Source of the DNA: the human T2T-CHM13v2.0 reference genome, Homo sapiens
Strand: one strand, 5' to 3'
Assembly (NCBI RefSeq): GCF_009914755.1
Contig: NC_060932.1
DNA: 64,000 bases
The position numbers were made by a program, and so were the translations under genes. Below the pieces are notes generated by a model that saw nothing but the letters and a program-made list of their open reading frames with translations, did no database searches and had not been told where the DNA came from. This document shows, piece by piece, positions 40,591 through 56,939 of this stretch. Position 1 is the first letter of the stretch. Each line of letters opens with the position of its first letter.

Positions 40591-41199
40591 ACCACAATCC
40601 AGGGTATTTTTTTACGTATGTTTTTATTTGAGTTAAAATAGAGTACTGAGTGTCATATAAGGAGACACAACTCTCATTTATTCATACACAAATATTCCAT
40701 ATCTTTTGAACACAATATATTCTCTAGAGTAAAACTTGCTCACTGAGAAAGTGAATTAATGATAGCATCACTTTAAGGAAACTATTAAACCATTGCTATG
40801 ATTTAAATGGTGTCAGAAAAAATGACAGGCAGTATCAGTCTATTCCAACAGCTTGCAAACGTATGACTACAAGAATGGGTGAGTGCAACGAGGCAAACTT
40901 ACATCTATGCCTCTGCACCATAAAAGTGCAGAGACCAAAAAATAACATCTCACTACATAATGAAAGTAGGTACCATTGTCAAAATTTGTACTTAAAAGAG
41001 TATTGACAAGGATAGTGTACAATAAAAAATATAAAGAATGATGATGTATATTTGCTTGATTGTAAGCTCTAAGCCAGGGATGATTTCTTGTCTGTGTTCC
41101 CTCACACTACATGTGCTAATGTATCTTTACAGTGAACATCTGGATAAAACCTGCACCAGTTCCACCAACCTACCTGCTTCTATCCCATATAATTCTTGT

Positions 41200-42800
41200 T
41201 CTGGTAGGAGACAAGTCTGTGGTCTCAATTAGTCAGTCCTTCCATCTGTGCACTGGATTCCATTTCCATTCATTTTTTCAGGGAAATTGGTTCTGCAATA
41301 TAGTTTTCTCTCTGTTGCATCAGCAATTTCTCTTTCTCTTTCTACTGGATCATTCCAGTTGGCACACAACATGCCTTAATAAGATCTTTTTTTAAAAAAA
41401 ATCATCACATAACTCCACATTAAGCTCCATAATCTATTACGGGGCATAATCACTGCCTTGTTTTTCTATTCCTCAATCAAGCAAAACTCCAATAGAAGAG
41501 TTGTCTTTTTTTATTGCTCTGTCTTCCCATCCTCTCTTCAGCCTACTCCAAGGGGGCTTTTCTCCATGCAACTCCAATGAAAAAGCTATTTGCAGGGTTA
41601 CAAATGATCAAAGCAAGTGGTCAATTCACTGCCCTATTTTACTTCACTTTTTAGCAGCATTTAATAGAACACTGTTTTTTTTCTTGAAACAGACTTTTTT
41701 TTCTTACCTTCAAGTATACCCAAGATGCTTGATTTTCTTCTTCCTTCATTATCTTCCTTTCAAAGTCTCCTTTGGTGGCTCCTCCTCTACCAGACATGTA
41801 AACATCCTAGTGCTCCTCTAGTATACTCTTCAGCTAGAGAATCTCATCAACTCTCAGAACTTTAATTACAACCTATGCATGGATGACATTCAAATTTTAT
41901 CTTTTCCCTCATTACTGAGTTTTAGACTTTTTTGGTTTAATTTGTCAAAGCTACTCTCCCAAATATTCGTCATATCAACAAATGCACCATTCTATTGAAT
42001 TGTTTGTTTATTCTCCACACAAAACATTGTCTTTGATTCCTCACATCCCCTCACATGACACACTCAATTCATTAGTTAATCTCCTTGGATTCACCTCAAA
42101 AATATTTTTGCAATTCAACCATCACTGTTAAACTCCTAACACCTAACATCTTTCACCTAGTCTATTGAAATAGTATCTTAAGGGTACATTCACCTCCATT
42201 CTCACTTCACTATGTTCTACCATTTACATAGCAGCCAGACTCTACTTTAAAAAGCAAAGATCAGATTATGTCACTTCACTGTGGAAATCCCCTTATCCTT
42301 AGAATAATAGAAAACTCCTCATCATAACCTTCAAGACCGCACATAACATGGTACTGAGTTACCCCTTAGACCAGTTTTGGAACCACTTGTTCGTTCTGCT
42401 GTTGTTACCCTTGCTTTTTTCCACACAAGACAAATTTGTTTCCGCAGAAATATTTTATTTCATCCCTGAAATATACTTTCCCATTTCTTTGAATGACTAA
42501 TAACACTGTCAAGGAATTTATTCCTTTGAGCATGTCACCTACTCAGAGTCTTTTCCTGATGGTCTATTCTAACGTTGACCATGCCATCACTTTCAATGGC
42601 CTCACCTTGTTTCATTTTGTTCTTGTATTTATCACTATCTGAAATTGTTCTCTTTGCTTACATATTCGTTTATTTGTGTGTGTATTTACTTACCATCTGT
42701 GTCATCCGATTCTCTGACACTGGAATATAAATCTCAAGATATTGTGATTTTGTTTCCATTACTGATGACTGTATTCAGTGGACAGCTCCTGGTTCTTCCC
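41200..42800 (+). mobile_element. L2 (long degraded fragment)
   Basis: CCATCTGTGCACTGGATTCC, AGGGTTACAAATGA, CATAGCAGCCAGA...TCAGATTATGTCACTTC, CTGGAATATAAATCTC motifs in L2 order. Confidence 0.7.
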
Positions 42801-43649
42801 AAACATTGGAGTAGAAAGGTAATAAAGAGGAAATGATGAAAACTAAAAAAAGATAAAGCATCATTTCTTTTGAGAAAAATAACAGCCATGTAATTATTAG
42901 ACTTAAAACTCTTTGGATGTATACATACTTTCTTCCTAAAGGATGAATGCATGCTTAAAGTATATCATTTCTAGACCACTATAATGAGATGCAGCAGCCT
43001 TTTAACAAAAACAACAAGTTACAGGGAAAAGGGGATTGCCAGAAGCCCACAAAGTATAAAGCACAGAGGAAACGGAGCATAGACATTTTCTTCTGTCTGC
43101 CTATGTCATTCTTCTCCTTTAGAAAGTAGTTTTCTGACAGCATTTTGTCCTACTTTTGTTTTTATATTTTTTTCTAGCCTTTTAGGTCTCAGTTTTCATC
43201 ATCACCATCAAAACTAGAACAGGTAATATTTGTTTAATTACTTCTAGACTTTAAAATTCCACTAGATTTTAAAATCCAGATAAAAAGATATTAGTATATT
43301 TAATTGATCATTATATTCTTGCTAGTTAGTATGGATCTTAAGACCTAATAAGTATCAAAGTATTCGAGAAACTATATTTAGCACTACATTGTGCTGCCTC
43401 CTTAATCCTCATAAAAACAACGTAACCTGGATTATATTGTTTTCTTTTTCACTGAGATTATGGGTACCAAGGAAACTGAAGCATAGAGACACTAATTGTT
43501 TTTTCAAAAGAATAAAAAATGACCAGTTTATAAGTAAAATGGCTGGGAGTCCCATCAAGTTGGTGTGATTCAAATGACCCAGTGTTTTAATCACTAACCG
43601 AATAACTCTCAAACTGCAGTGTGCAAAGGAATCATCTGGATTATTTCTT

Positions 43650-43960
<311 letters not shown>

Positions 43961-44049
43961 TAGATTATTTCTTAAAAAGCCAGATGCCATATTGCCAATT
44001 TTCATCTCAAGATATTATGTTCAAAAGTTCTTGGATGAGTTTCATGAAT

Positions 44050-44684
<635 letters not shown>

Positions 44685-45639
44685 CACATACTTCTTTTTT
44701 AAACAATTAAAATAAAATCTTATAGACAACATAACCTTAGAAATTTGTTAGTTTCAATAATGGCATATTGCTGGGGTCTTCCCACATAATCTTAAAAGTG
44801 AGCTCACATTACTGTTTTGGTGCCCTTTAAATTAAATAATGAAGCTGATCCCAATCTTCTAAACAGCCAAACCTAAGTCTTTGCATTTGCTTGAATTATC
44901 CAAAATATTTCCTGTGATTACCTTTATTTAACCTAGTAAAAGACCTCTTTGTTCATAGGTAAAATGTTTTCAGCCTTGGACATACATACTCTAAGTAACA
45001 AATGAGGATATAGCACATATGAATATGGTTTAGATTGAGATTTTTATTTTATTTTAGGTATTTATCTATAAAGGACAAAAAAAGCTAGTATCACTTTTAA
45101 ATTTATATCACGTAAACCAGAAAGAGAGTATGATCAAAGTTTAAAATCTTTCATGTTTATTTTGGTAGGTAAGAAAAAATAATTGCAATATTTTGTTTTT
45201 AGGGTCTATGTAAGGTAGAGGCCGACTCACTCACTCAATTGATAGCTGAAGCAGGAAGAAAAAACTCACATGCTTGCTAACTGGGAGAGCAAAGTTATGA
45301 AACACATTTCCAAAAACAAAGAGACAAACATGATATGTATAAGAAGACAAGGATGCAATCGTACTGTTTATAAATACCTTTAAATTATCAAGCATATAGA
45401 GATAAAATTTAAGCAAATGTCTTTGCATTGTCACAAGCAGAGAATGCAAATTTACTCATAAATTGTTAATTGAAAAGATACCTAATTACGGGATATTTAA
45501 AAATGTACTTTTTCCTAGTTCTTTTTGTGTTTATTATAAAGATAAACATACAATAAACACAGCAGGAATAAAATGTCCTTTAATTTTCTATTCCTGAGGA
45601 GAAGCCATCTGTAATTTTTCAAAATACTGATCAACTAAT

Positions 45640-46270
45640 AAGCAAATATTAGCCAAGAATCAAGCATGCTGTTTTTGTCATTTTTGAAAACACCAGAATG
45701 TCTAAAACATATTTCCTGTTGTCCAGTAGCTTAAAGATTAGTTGAAGCACTTAACTTTCATACATTTTGCATCCTAATAAATTAATATCAAATGAATAAA
45801 GACAACAGCATGATAGGAAGAAGGGATAGATATATATCAACTAGATTAGAAATGTCCTCATAGAGAAGGTGACATTTCAGATGAACCTTGAAATATAGGC
45901 TTTGATAATTTGAAAGATAGAGGCAGAAAATTCTAAGTGAAGCAAAAACATGGATAAAATTATAGAAGACTATGCAATGAATATGCTAGGAAGGAAAATT
46001 GGCTGCATTGGTGAAAGTTGAGAGCATAGGAAAAAAGAGATAAAATCTCAAAAAAGGCCCACAGCCTAGAGAATTCTGATTGCTGATCTAAGAATATAGG
46101 AAAATCAGAGGTACTGAAGGATTTCAAGGCTAGAAGTACCTTATAAAAGTACAATTTGAAAACATTCGTGTAGTAAAACTGTGGAAGTGGGGAGCTGCAA
46201 GTAAATTCAGAGACAGTAAAATTATAGATTACAATAGAAGAATGGAAAGAAAAGACAAACATGATTATGT
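45640..46270 (-). mobile_element. L2 fragment
   Basis: GAAATGTCCTCATAGAGAAGGTGACATTTCAGATGAACCTTGAA. Confidence 0.55.
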
Positions 46271-46829
46271 TATTGAAGATATCTGGAAAAGTACCCTAAG
46301 GTGGCCCAGAACTCCAGACACTGGCCATTTAAATTTTATTATAAAAATTTCATAGAAATAGAGAATACTCATAAATGATAATTGTTGCCCTTAAGAAAGT
46401 AACCAAACATCTCTGAGGCCTTTCCCTGACACACATCCTGCAGGTCTTTACTAAGATTAAATTAGAAAAAGCCACTAATCCCTTGTTTAGTTATCTTACT
46501 TTGTTTTCTTTGGACATTTAAATCTGGAAAAATAGAGTAGATAGAAAACTTTTCTTTTGTATCCCTATAACATGAAAAAGTTAAAATAAATTTCACTATA
46601 ATTCTAAATTTTCTAATCCAGGAAGAATAATCAAAGAGACAGAACATCCTTTTCTTTGCTGAAGATCATTTATAAATTTTGGCCACCTCTCTTTGGTCTA
46701 TTCCAGTTTCTCTGGATGTATGATTCTGGTTATTACTGAAACCTTCCAACAGCCAATGAAGTGAGTTTGGAAATAAATGTCCCCCCTCAGGTGATTCCAG
46801 ATGATTGCAGTTACAGCTGATGATTTGAC

Positions 46830-48037
<1,208 letters not shown>

Positions 48038-48377
48038 GCATTGCTTAAAGTTTGTTATTTTAAGAGGAAAAACTTGTTAAATAGGCACATTGTACGACAA
48101 TGTGTTTCTGCATAGCTTGTATTAGTGTGCATTGCATTCAAGTGTTGCTATTTGATGAACAAATCACTAGATGTAGGGTGGGAAAGTCACAAATGCTCCT
48201 GTGCATCTTTGCATTGTATTGACATCATCCCTCATATACTGATTGTGTGAAAGCTTATTTACTTCGCGAAAATGTGCATTTAGGTTGAGCCTGCTTTTCC
48301 AGAAGCAACAATGTTCTGAAGAACAACCGTGGAGCTCACTAAAGTATTTTTTAAATCTCAAGTTTATTCTACTTCTT

Positions 48378-49036
48378 TTTTAAAATTTTACTTTAAGTTC
48401 TGGGATACATGTGCAGAACGTGCAGGTTTTTACATAGATATACATGTGCCATGGTGGTTTGCTGCACCTATCAACCTGTCATCTAGGTTTTAAACTCTGC
48501 ATGCTTTAGGTATTTGTCCTAATGCTCTCCCTCCCCTAGGAGTCCATTTGTTCTCATTGTTCAGCAACCACTTATGAGTGAGAACATGCAGTGTTTGCTT
48601 TTCTCTTCCTGTGTTAGTTTGCTGAGGATGATAGTTTCCAGCTTCATTCATGTTCCTGAAAAGGACATGAACTCATTCTTTTTTATGGTTGCATAGTATT
48701 CCATGGTGTATATGTGCCACATTTTCTTTATCTAGTCTATCATTGATGGCCATTTGGGTTGGTTCCAAGTCTTTGCTATTGTGAACAGTGCTGCAATAAA
48801 CATACATGTGCATGTGTCTTTATAGTAGAATGATGTATAATCCTTTGGGTACATACCCATAATCGGATCGCTGGGTCAAATGGTATTTCTGGTTCTATAT
48901 CCTTGAGGAATTACCACACTGTCTTCCAAATGGTTGAACTAATTTACACTCCCACCAACAGTGTAAAAGCGTTTCTATTGCTTCGCATCCTTGCCAGCAT
49001 CTGTTTTTTTCCCAGACTTTTTAATGATTGCCATTC
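48378..49036 (-). mobile_element. L1PA7/L1PA8 3' end, 5'-truncated
   Basis: GCTGCACCTATCAACCTGTCATCTAGGTTTTAA; 13-bp TSD TATTCTACTTCTT at 48365-48377 and 49037-49049. Confidence 0.9.
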
Positions 49037-52000
49037 TATTCTACTTCTTATGATTCTTTTAAGAATTACATAATGGGTGTATAGGATGAGAAATTTTTTT
49101 CATTTCCTGTCATTCTTTTCTCTCTTTTTTTCACCCTCATGGAAAAGGGGTTTTTGGTAGGACATTAGGGAGAAGCTTTCAGCATAGTAATGCATCAAAA
49201 AATAGTTACTATTAACTACATAAACATGAGGAACTTGTCTTGCTCTGGGGAGAGGACTTTGGCATTCCAAGCTTCTTTCCCCTTTGCTTATCCAACTCTA
49301 TTTGTTTCCTTCCAGAAAGGATGCAGGAATATATCTAGGGTTGAGCAAGGGTAAAAAAATACAGAGAGCAGGAAAAGATTTAGGTGAACCTGCAGTAATG
49401 AATAGAGATTGAGACAATAAAACAGATTCTCGGGTACCCTTTCAAACAGGATTCTATGGACAGAAAAGTGATTTGATAACAACAGCAAGGAAATATTTTA
49501 CACCACATTTTGGATGCAGTATGTGCTCATAATCAGTGGTTAAATAATATCCATTTTATTTTTAACAATGACCAGCATATTTGCACAGTTTTCCAGGCAT
49601 TGTGAACCCACTGAAGAGTGAGATATACATAATATATTGCCATTATTTCCCATTCACTTCTTTCATATGTCAAGTTTTAAATGCATTTATGTGGTCCTCT
49701 TAAAGGAGATAATGCTTGAAAAGTTTTCTGAGAGTACCCAAACATTGATATTGCTTAATAAACGTGAATGATTATCACTGTCATTAAATTTTAGGATAAT
49801 ACCCTCACTTTTAAAGATATGACTGTAGCAGTTAGAGAAAACTTCAATTAATCAGCCTCCAACTGAGTAGAATTTTCTTTTTAACCTACAATTCACACTT
49901 GCTGAAATAACATAATAATAGAAAAATATTTTACATTTTCTATTAGCAGAACCTGAAATTAAGGGAATCCGTGCTCTGGACATGATTCCATAGGAATTTA
50001 GAAATATATTCTATTATGTCCAACACCAAATCTAACACAAGGAAGCCTTCGGGTCAATCAGTCTTTCTTTCATGCAGTCAATAGCCTTTGTTAAACACCT
50101 TCTAAAGGCTGGGCATTATTCTAGAAACAGAGAAAGAGGGAAAGACAAAATGAACAAAAGCACTTGACACCATGAAGCTAAGTATGGAGACGACAGATCT
50201 TAACAAATGAGTACAGATCATTAATGAAGTACCTGCAAATAGGAAAATGCCTCAAAGGTAAAAGAGGCTTGGAAACCACAAGCCATCAATAAGTTACTCA
50301 GCAGATTACTACAAGCCACTGTATCTCAAAAAATGTGTGTGGTGATTCTTTGCCAAAATCAGCAGTTTTCTCTCCAAATCATTGAATAAGCATCTTCTTC
50401 CCCAACTGTGACAGAATCTCCACTGATGAGGAAGCATTCTGATCCCTTTAGAATTGTAAAGCTCCTCAAGAGCAAATGGAACAGAGCTTAACCATCTTAT
50501 CTACTACTCTCGCAAGCCTCAGTTTAGTTCCAGGCCTTTGCTTAACAGCTTCAAGTTTCCTTTGGCCTCCTTATTACCTGTTGTATCACCTTTGGATGAC
50601 CAAATGACTCATGTTCTATTACTTTTCTGAATATGTAAGTCTAAATTTTACCATGATAATTCCCAGATTCCAACCTACCACTCAACCACCTCAAGGACTC
50701 AGCTTCATATAGGACAATTTGTTCCTATCAGTAATAAAATAGTTTTTAAAAAGATTCTTAGTGTCAATACTCATTTAATTATTTAAATTCTACAATTATG
50801 GTATTATTCCATAACAAAATCAATAGTATCTGGGGGAAAAACACCCAAGGCTCTAAAAAAACTAAGAAAGAGATGATTTTTAGTACAAGTATTGCCTAAA
50901 GCTGTAACTGGACTATATTTAAGAATACTTTTTAATATCAAATATTAAGATCAAAGTGTTTTTTCTGGTTTATCTACTATTTTCTCTGTCCCCTCAGATA
51001 TTCAGCTAATCAAAGTTTTAATGTAGTAATGTGAAATTAATGTAGAGACTATGTTTCAAGTCATGAATTGGTTCCAGTAGATTTCAATGTAATAACTTAA
51101 TCAGTTTTATTAAACTAATTTTAAAAAGAAGTTGGAAAATGTATGTGGTATAAGTAGAATCAGCATTAATTTACATGTGAGCTAGGAAAGCTTATATTGA
51201 GGATAGATAACAGATATTAATTAATAAATTTTAAAAACCTAATAGCTAAAAGTCATGTATTCTAAAGAGGTACTTTTTATCTTAGTGCTACAATCAATAT
51301 TCAAAGTATGATGTTTTGGGAATCTAGATTTTAAAGAAATAAAAAGGAAAAATAAGCCACATAGCACTTATTGTATTTTATATAAGGCTTAAATAAAAAT
51401 TAGAAAATTTAATTTAAAAATAAAGCATTCATTTTTTTCTGAACATTAAACATAATTAACACATAAAATATTTAAAAGAAAAAAATGTATATCTGCTAAA
51501 TTAAAGGCAAAAGATTTTCCAACTTTTTCAACAGAAATATAAAATCACTAATGAATTCCACAAGCACATCAAAACAACATCACTGTCTGTTACAGACATT
51601 GGGATAGATGTATTATGTGTAGAGGGTTAATGAAACCAATTCCCTGGTTTAGAATGTAAGTACTGGATGCAAAGAAGCAATATAAAATCTTGGATGTTAG
51701 AAAATGACTTGGGAAATTAATTAAAATTCTATATTTTATTTCATGTCAGTCTGCCTGATCGGAATTTTAATGCTTGACTTATAAACAGAGATCTCTGTTT
51801 GCTTTGAAGGGTTATGAAAATAATGAAGGAAATATTATTGTAACAAAATAAAGATGTTATTTGTAGCCCTTTAAAATTCAGGTTAAATTCTCAAGTAGCA
51901 AAATGAACTTTTCAAAGAATACATTTGGTCAAACTTGAAATTTGGTCAAACAAAAGCCAACATGGTGCTTGTGAACCACACTTTTAAAAGCCATGGCTAA

Positions 52001-52994
52001 GATCACAAAATAGACACTTTTATTGACTGCTTCTCTTTCAATAACTTGTCCATTTTTCAATCAATTCTTCCTCCTTTATCCTTTTCAATGCTCCAAAGTT
52101 GTCCCCCCACTAATTCTATACTGCTCAATTACATCTTTTAAAGCTCTGAGTAAATAGTATATGCCATTCCTTGTGAAGATTACCCAGTCTTCTGATTTAT
52201 AGACTGAATCGTTGAATTAGTCGCTAAACTCGGCTGTTTGTTCTGTTTCCTTACGCTTTCAGCATCAGAGAGAGTATTTCTTGTCAACTTTAAGGAAGGG
52301 TGTAGTTTTTAAGGTAAAAGATAAAGAAAAAAGAACCTATGACATATTCACTGCCATAGTCAATCTTGTACGTGGGCTGCCTCAGACAGTCACAGAAGTT
52401 AAATAAGGAATTGGCTTTTCACATCCAAACTGTCTGTTTCCTATTAAGTTTCTGCCCCTTCATTTCCTTTTTGTTTATTCCTCTGAAGTTTCTTCTTGGA
52501 AGCTACTGATGTGGTGGTAAGAGAACAAAACTTGCTTTAAGCACTCATCATACAAATTAAATTTTACGTAAAAGCAATTGGTATTGCTGCTGAGTAAGTT
52601 CTTCCTGTAGATCTCTCAGACACTCTGCAAAATTGCCTGCTGACCTACTCCATGGGCCAGAGATGCCAGTGGCCTGATAGCCAATAGTATCTATCATAGG
52701 TGACATTTATAGTGGAGAGCTCCTTTCAGTTGTGCCAAAAGTACACAGCAACTGCAAACAGGCTATTTGAGATGAAATGATATATTATATTAAATTATAT
52801 GCTGCACTTTCAACTGAAAAATGAGCATCCTAAAGCACTAAAATACTCTTGAAAACCAACCTGAAAAAACTGAAAATTAGAAAATTTTATTTCGATGAAC
52901 GGAGTAGGTAAAAATGCATAAAGATGGCATCTGCACATTTACGAAATGTAAAGTGTATTCATCCTTTTAATTCTCAGTTTAATGTCAAGATATA

Positions 52995-53075
52995 TGTGGT
53001 GTAATCTCCACTTTACAGATGAGAAAATTGAGGCTTAGATAGATTAAGTGATTTGTCAGAGTTGAAACAGCTATT
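52995..53075 (-). mobile_element. MIR core
   Basis: CTCCACTTTACAGATGAGAAAATTGAGGCTTAGATAGATTAAGTGATTTGTC. Confidence 0.75.
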
Positions 53076-53395
53076 TAAAAAGATTCACATGCACATAATT
53101 TGCACATATTTAGAGCCCATAGCATATTTCTTTCCTTTTTATAATGTTTTACATCATTAAGAATACTGTTTAGTTCCAAAGAATCTTGTTTATGAATTAC
53201 CTTTTAGAGGACTGGGAGACTAAATATATGGTGTGATTTCAAGAGTGGCAGGAAAGTTTCTTATCCCGCAAAGCATCTATTACCTGGGATTATATACCTA
53301 GAGATTTGATATAAAGTACCTGCAATAGTCATAGAATATCATATATCTTGGACTAGATAGTGAAATATTAAAACTGAAACTGATGTGATGATTAA

Positions 53396-53481
53396 TCTCC
53401 CATCCAATTACTAACCAAGCCTGACTCTGCTTAGCTTGGGAGATCAGATGAGATCAGGAACATTCAGGTATGACCATAGAC
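53396..53481 (-). pseudogene. 5S rRNA retropseudogene, 3'-truncated (nt 1-~90), tailless
   Basis: Reverse complement GTCTATGGTCATACC----TGAATGTTCCTGATCTCATCTGATCTCCCAAGCTAAGCAGAGTCAGGCTTGGTTAGTAATTGGATGGGAGA aligns to human 5S. 13-bp TSD TGATGATTAATCT at 53386-53398 and 53483-53495. Confidence 0.92.
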
Positions 53482-55495
53482 CTGATGATTAATCTAATTC
53501 TACACCATCCTTTTACCCATGGTGGATCTAGGGCCAAGAGAGATGGTATTTTGGAAAAATGCACTGATAATTTTAATTATAGACTTAAGGATAGAAATCT
53601 AGTCTTAAGTGTCAAGTTCTTCTCTTTGTTCTGTACCATTTTTGCCTTGCTTGTCAAGAATTCATAATTTGATATCAGGTCCAACTATGTTGAGACTTTG
53701 GTGAATTCATTAATGCTGTCCAAGAACATTTCAGTCCTGTCCTATAAGCCCAGTAATAGTTATTGTAAGAGACATAATGAGGTAAAGTTTATTGACATAT
53801 GAATGTGTAAAAAGCTTCACTGGAGTAATTCTTTAATCAAAACTTTACTCAGTCTGAGAAATATACTGCAGGGAAAAGATAACACCTCTATTTTAGCACT
53901 GCAGTTATGCCTATCCTTAAGCTTTCAGTAATAAAAACATGAGTATAATCAGAAATAGGGACATCATTACATACAATCCATTTCTTATGGATCTTTACCC
54001 AAAATATTTTCAGTTTGATTTTTTGTTTATTCTGATTTTACAAGGAAGGTTAAGTTAACCTTTTATTTTCCTGCTGTCAGCTAGATTTCTGATGTTTGAA
54101 GGTAGCTCTTATATTAAATAGATGTGACAGTAGAAAATATAATTATTCAGAATTAGCTCTTTGGAAAGGAAATTTATGGCTTAGGAGAGGTATTTTGTGT
54201 GGGTAATAATGTAATCGTAAATTACTGAACCTCTCTTCCAACTTTCCCTCCACCAAAGAGTGCCTGCTGAAGTTTGCATTTGAAACCCATATTCATCTGA
54301 GAGCTTCAGAATTTCTGGGGAAAAATACTGCTCCCTGTGTTTCTAGGCATGAGCAAGGAATGTGTTGAGGAAAACAATGCACATGTCTACTTGTGTTGCC
54401 ACCATAGGTCTAACGTAAGTGTCTGGTCCAGACATGTAGGTACTGCTCTTGAAGGGAACTTCTTCTAATCCATGTAATTGGAAAGAGCTACTTAACAGTA
54501 TCAATAATTATGGAGCACATCCTTCCACCTCACACATCAACAGCAGGTTACTAGTTCATTTGCTGGAGACCAAAATGATTAAAATCTGTTATGTCATTCA
54601 CAGTGTTATGATTTGGCTCTGTCAAGAAGATTTGACTTGAAGATGCAATAGAAATACCAAATTATGGATGGCTAAAGATGAATTATAACATACTTCAAGG
54701 GCAATCAGTAAATTGAGAGAACACCAAGATGAGTAATGGTTAAATGCATAGCTAAAGTTACCAAACCAAACAAAGCAAACAAAAAACAAGGTATTAAATC
54801 TGTGGATTCTCCTACTCTATGATTCAGTAAGTCCCATTTTAGGTACTCATGAACTCAGGCAAGGATTGTCAATTGGTGTGAGAGTCTTCATAATTATTAT
54901 CTATCATAATGTAGCAGTGTAGCTGCTAAAGTTCTTCATTCTCTGTCTTATATAGTGGTTGGCTAACTAACATGGCCTCTGAACTTTCTCTTTTTGTGTT
55001 GCCTTATTAAATACCATAAAACATGTTCATGCAAAATGCTTTTGAAACGTAGCTCACTTATTTATAATTAGAACAACAAACCTCTGAAAATGTTTTCATT
55101 AAAAAAATGAATTTAAAGCCAATATATTATAAAAGTGCACAGAGTAATTTAAAATTTTTATAACATGCATTTAATGTTAGCTGAAAAATTTAATCTTTTT
55201 GGCCATTTATTTGTGTTGTTCAGATATCAGTGATGTTTGAATGCTTTCAGTATGTAAAATAAATATATATGAACCCAAGATAAGAATTTCCTTAATATTT
55301 TTAATATCTAAATTCAAATTAAAAGCTTCAAACTTAAAAAATTTATATCTTAGCTGGGTCCCTAGCCAAAGTTACATCTTACTATGGTTAAAAAACATAT
55401 AGAAAATTTACAACTCTTCAATGGCAGAGCTTTTGAACTTGTGGCCTTGGCCTTAGGAGAAAATCCAGCATGGTTCTATTAAAGTAGGGGAGAGA

Positions 55496-55835
<340 letters not shown>

Positions 55836-56496
55836 TCATGCTTTTCCACACCCATTGTCCTGAGACAATAACAGATACTCAAAGCTCTCACTCAGATGTC
55901 CTCACTATAGAAACCCTGTGCTTGAGAAGAACTGAGGAAAACGGATAATGACTACTTAAACTTGGACAGTTGTTTTTAACCCCTTCTAGCCCTCCAAACC
56001 CTCAGGGCTGGCAAATTAACATCTAGTAGTGTTTTTTTGTTTTTTCCTAATGCCAGGACAAGGGAGAGTTACAAGGCATGAAGCTTTGGCTGGCAGACTT
56101 GTTTGTTAGGTTAAAAACTGTCTTGACTGTGGTTGTCTAGAGCCAGGGACCCTTAAACAAAGGACTCATCCGTTGCCCATCCCCTAAGCTCTCTGGGGCT
56201 AACTTGGACCAACCTGACAGTGCCTGTCAGAGTAGCTGGTACTTCTGGGGAAAAAAAATGACCTTGTAGTCCAATAAAACAAATTATTTGAAAAGCACAA
56301 TTTTTATCAAGACAACACAACAAAGATTTATACAGTCTATTACAAAGCATAAATATTAAAGCAGAACAACTTAAACATTTAAAATTACAATTTAAAACAT
56401 ACTTCAAAGAGATAAAGGAAGATATTACCAATATAAAACGTGACTGAGAAACCATTAATAAAGCAGTATTATTAGAAATTAAAAGGATAGTTATTG

Positions 56497-56830
56497 GGCC
56501 AGGCTCAGTGCCCCACGCCTGTAATCTCAGCACTTTGGGAGGCCGAGGCAGGGCAATTGGCTTCAGAGTTTGAGATCAGCCTTAGCAACATAATGAAACC
56601 TAGTATCTACAAAAACTAAAACAAAAAGACAAAAACTATCTGGGTATAATGGCACATATCTCTAGTCCTAGCCACTTGGGAGGTTGAGGTGGGAGGATTG
56701 CTTGAGCCCAGGAGGTCAACACTGCAACACTGCAGTGAGCTGTGACTGTGCCACTGTACTGTAGCCTGGGTGACAGAATAAGACCTTGTCTCAAAAAAAA
56801 AAAAAAACAAAAACAAAACAAAAAACCCAC
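56497..56830 (+). mobile_element. AluJ
   Basis: GGAGGATTGCTTGAGCCCAGGAGGTC; TSD AGGATAGT(T/C)ATTG at 56484 and 56837. Confidence 0.9.
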
Positions 56831-56939
56831 AAAGCCAGGATAGTCATTGAATAGTCATTGACATGAAGTACATAATTTATAACAAGAAGAAATAGAAAAT
56901 ATGAGTATATGAGGAGACTTATATCTATTTAAAATTTAA

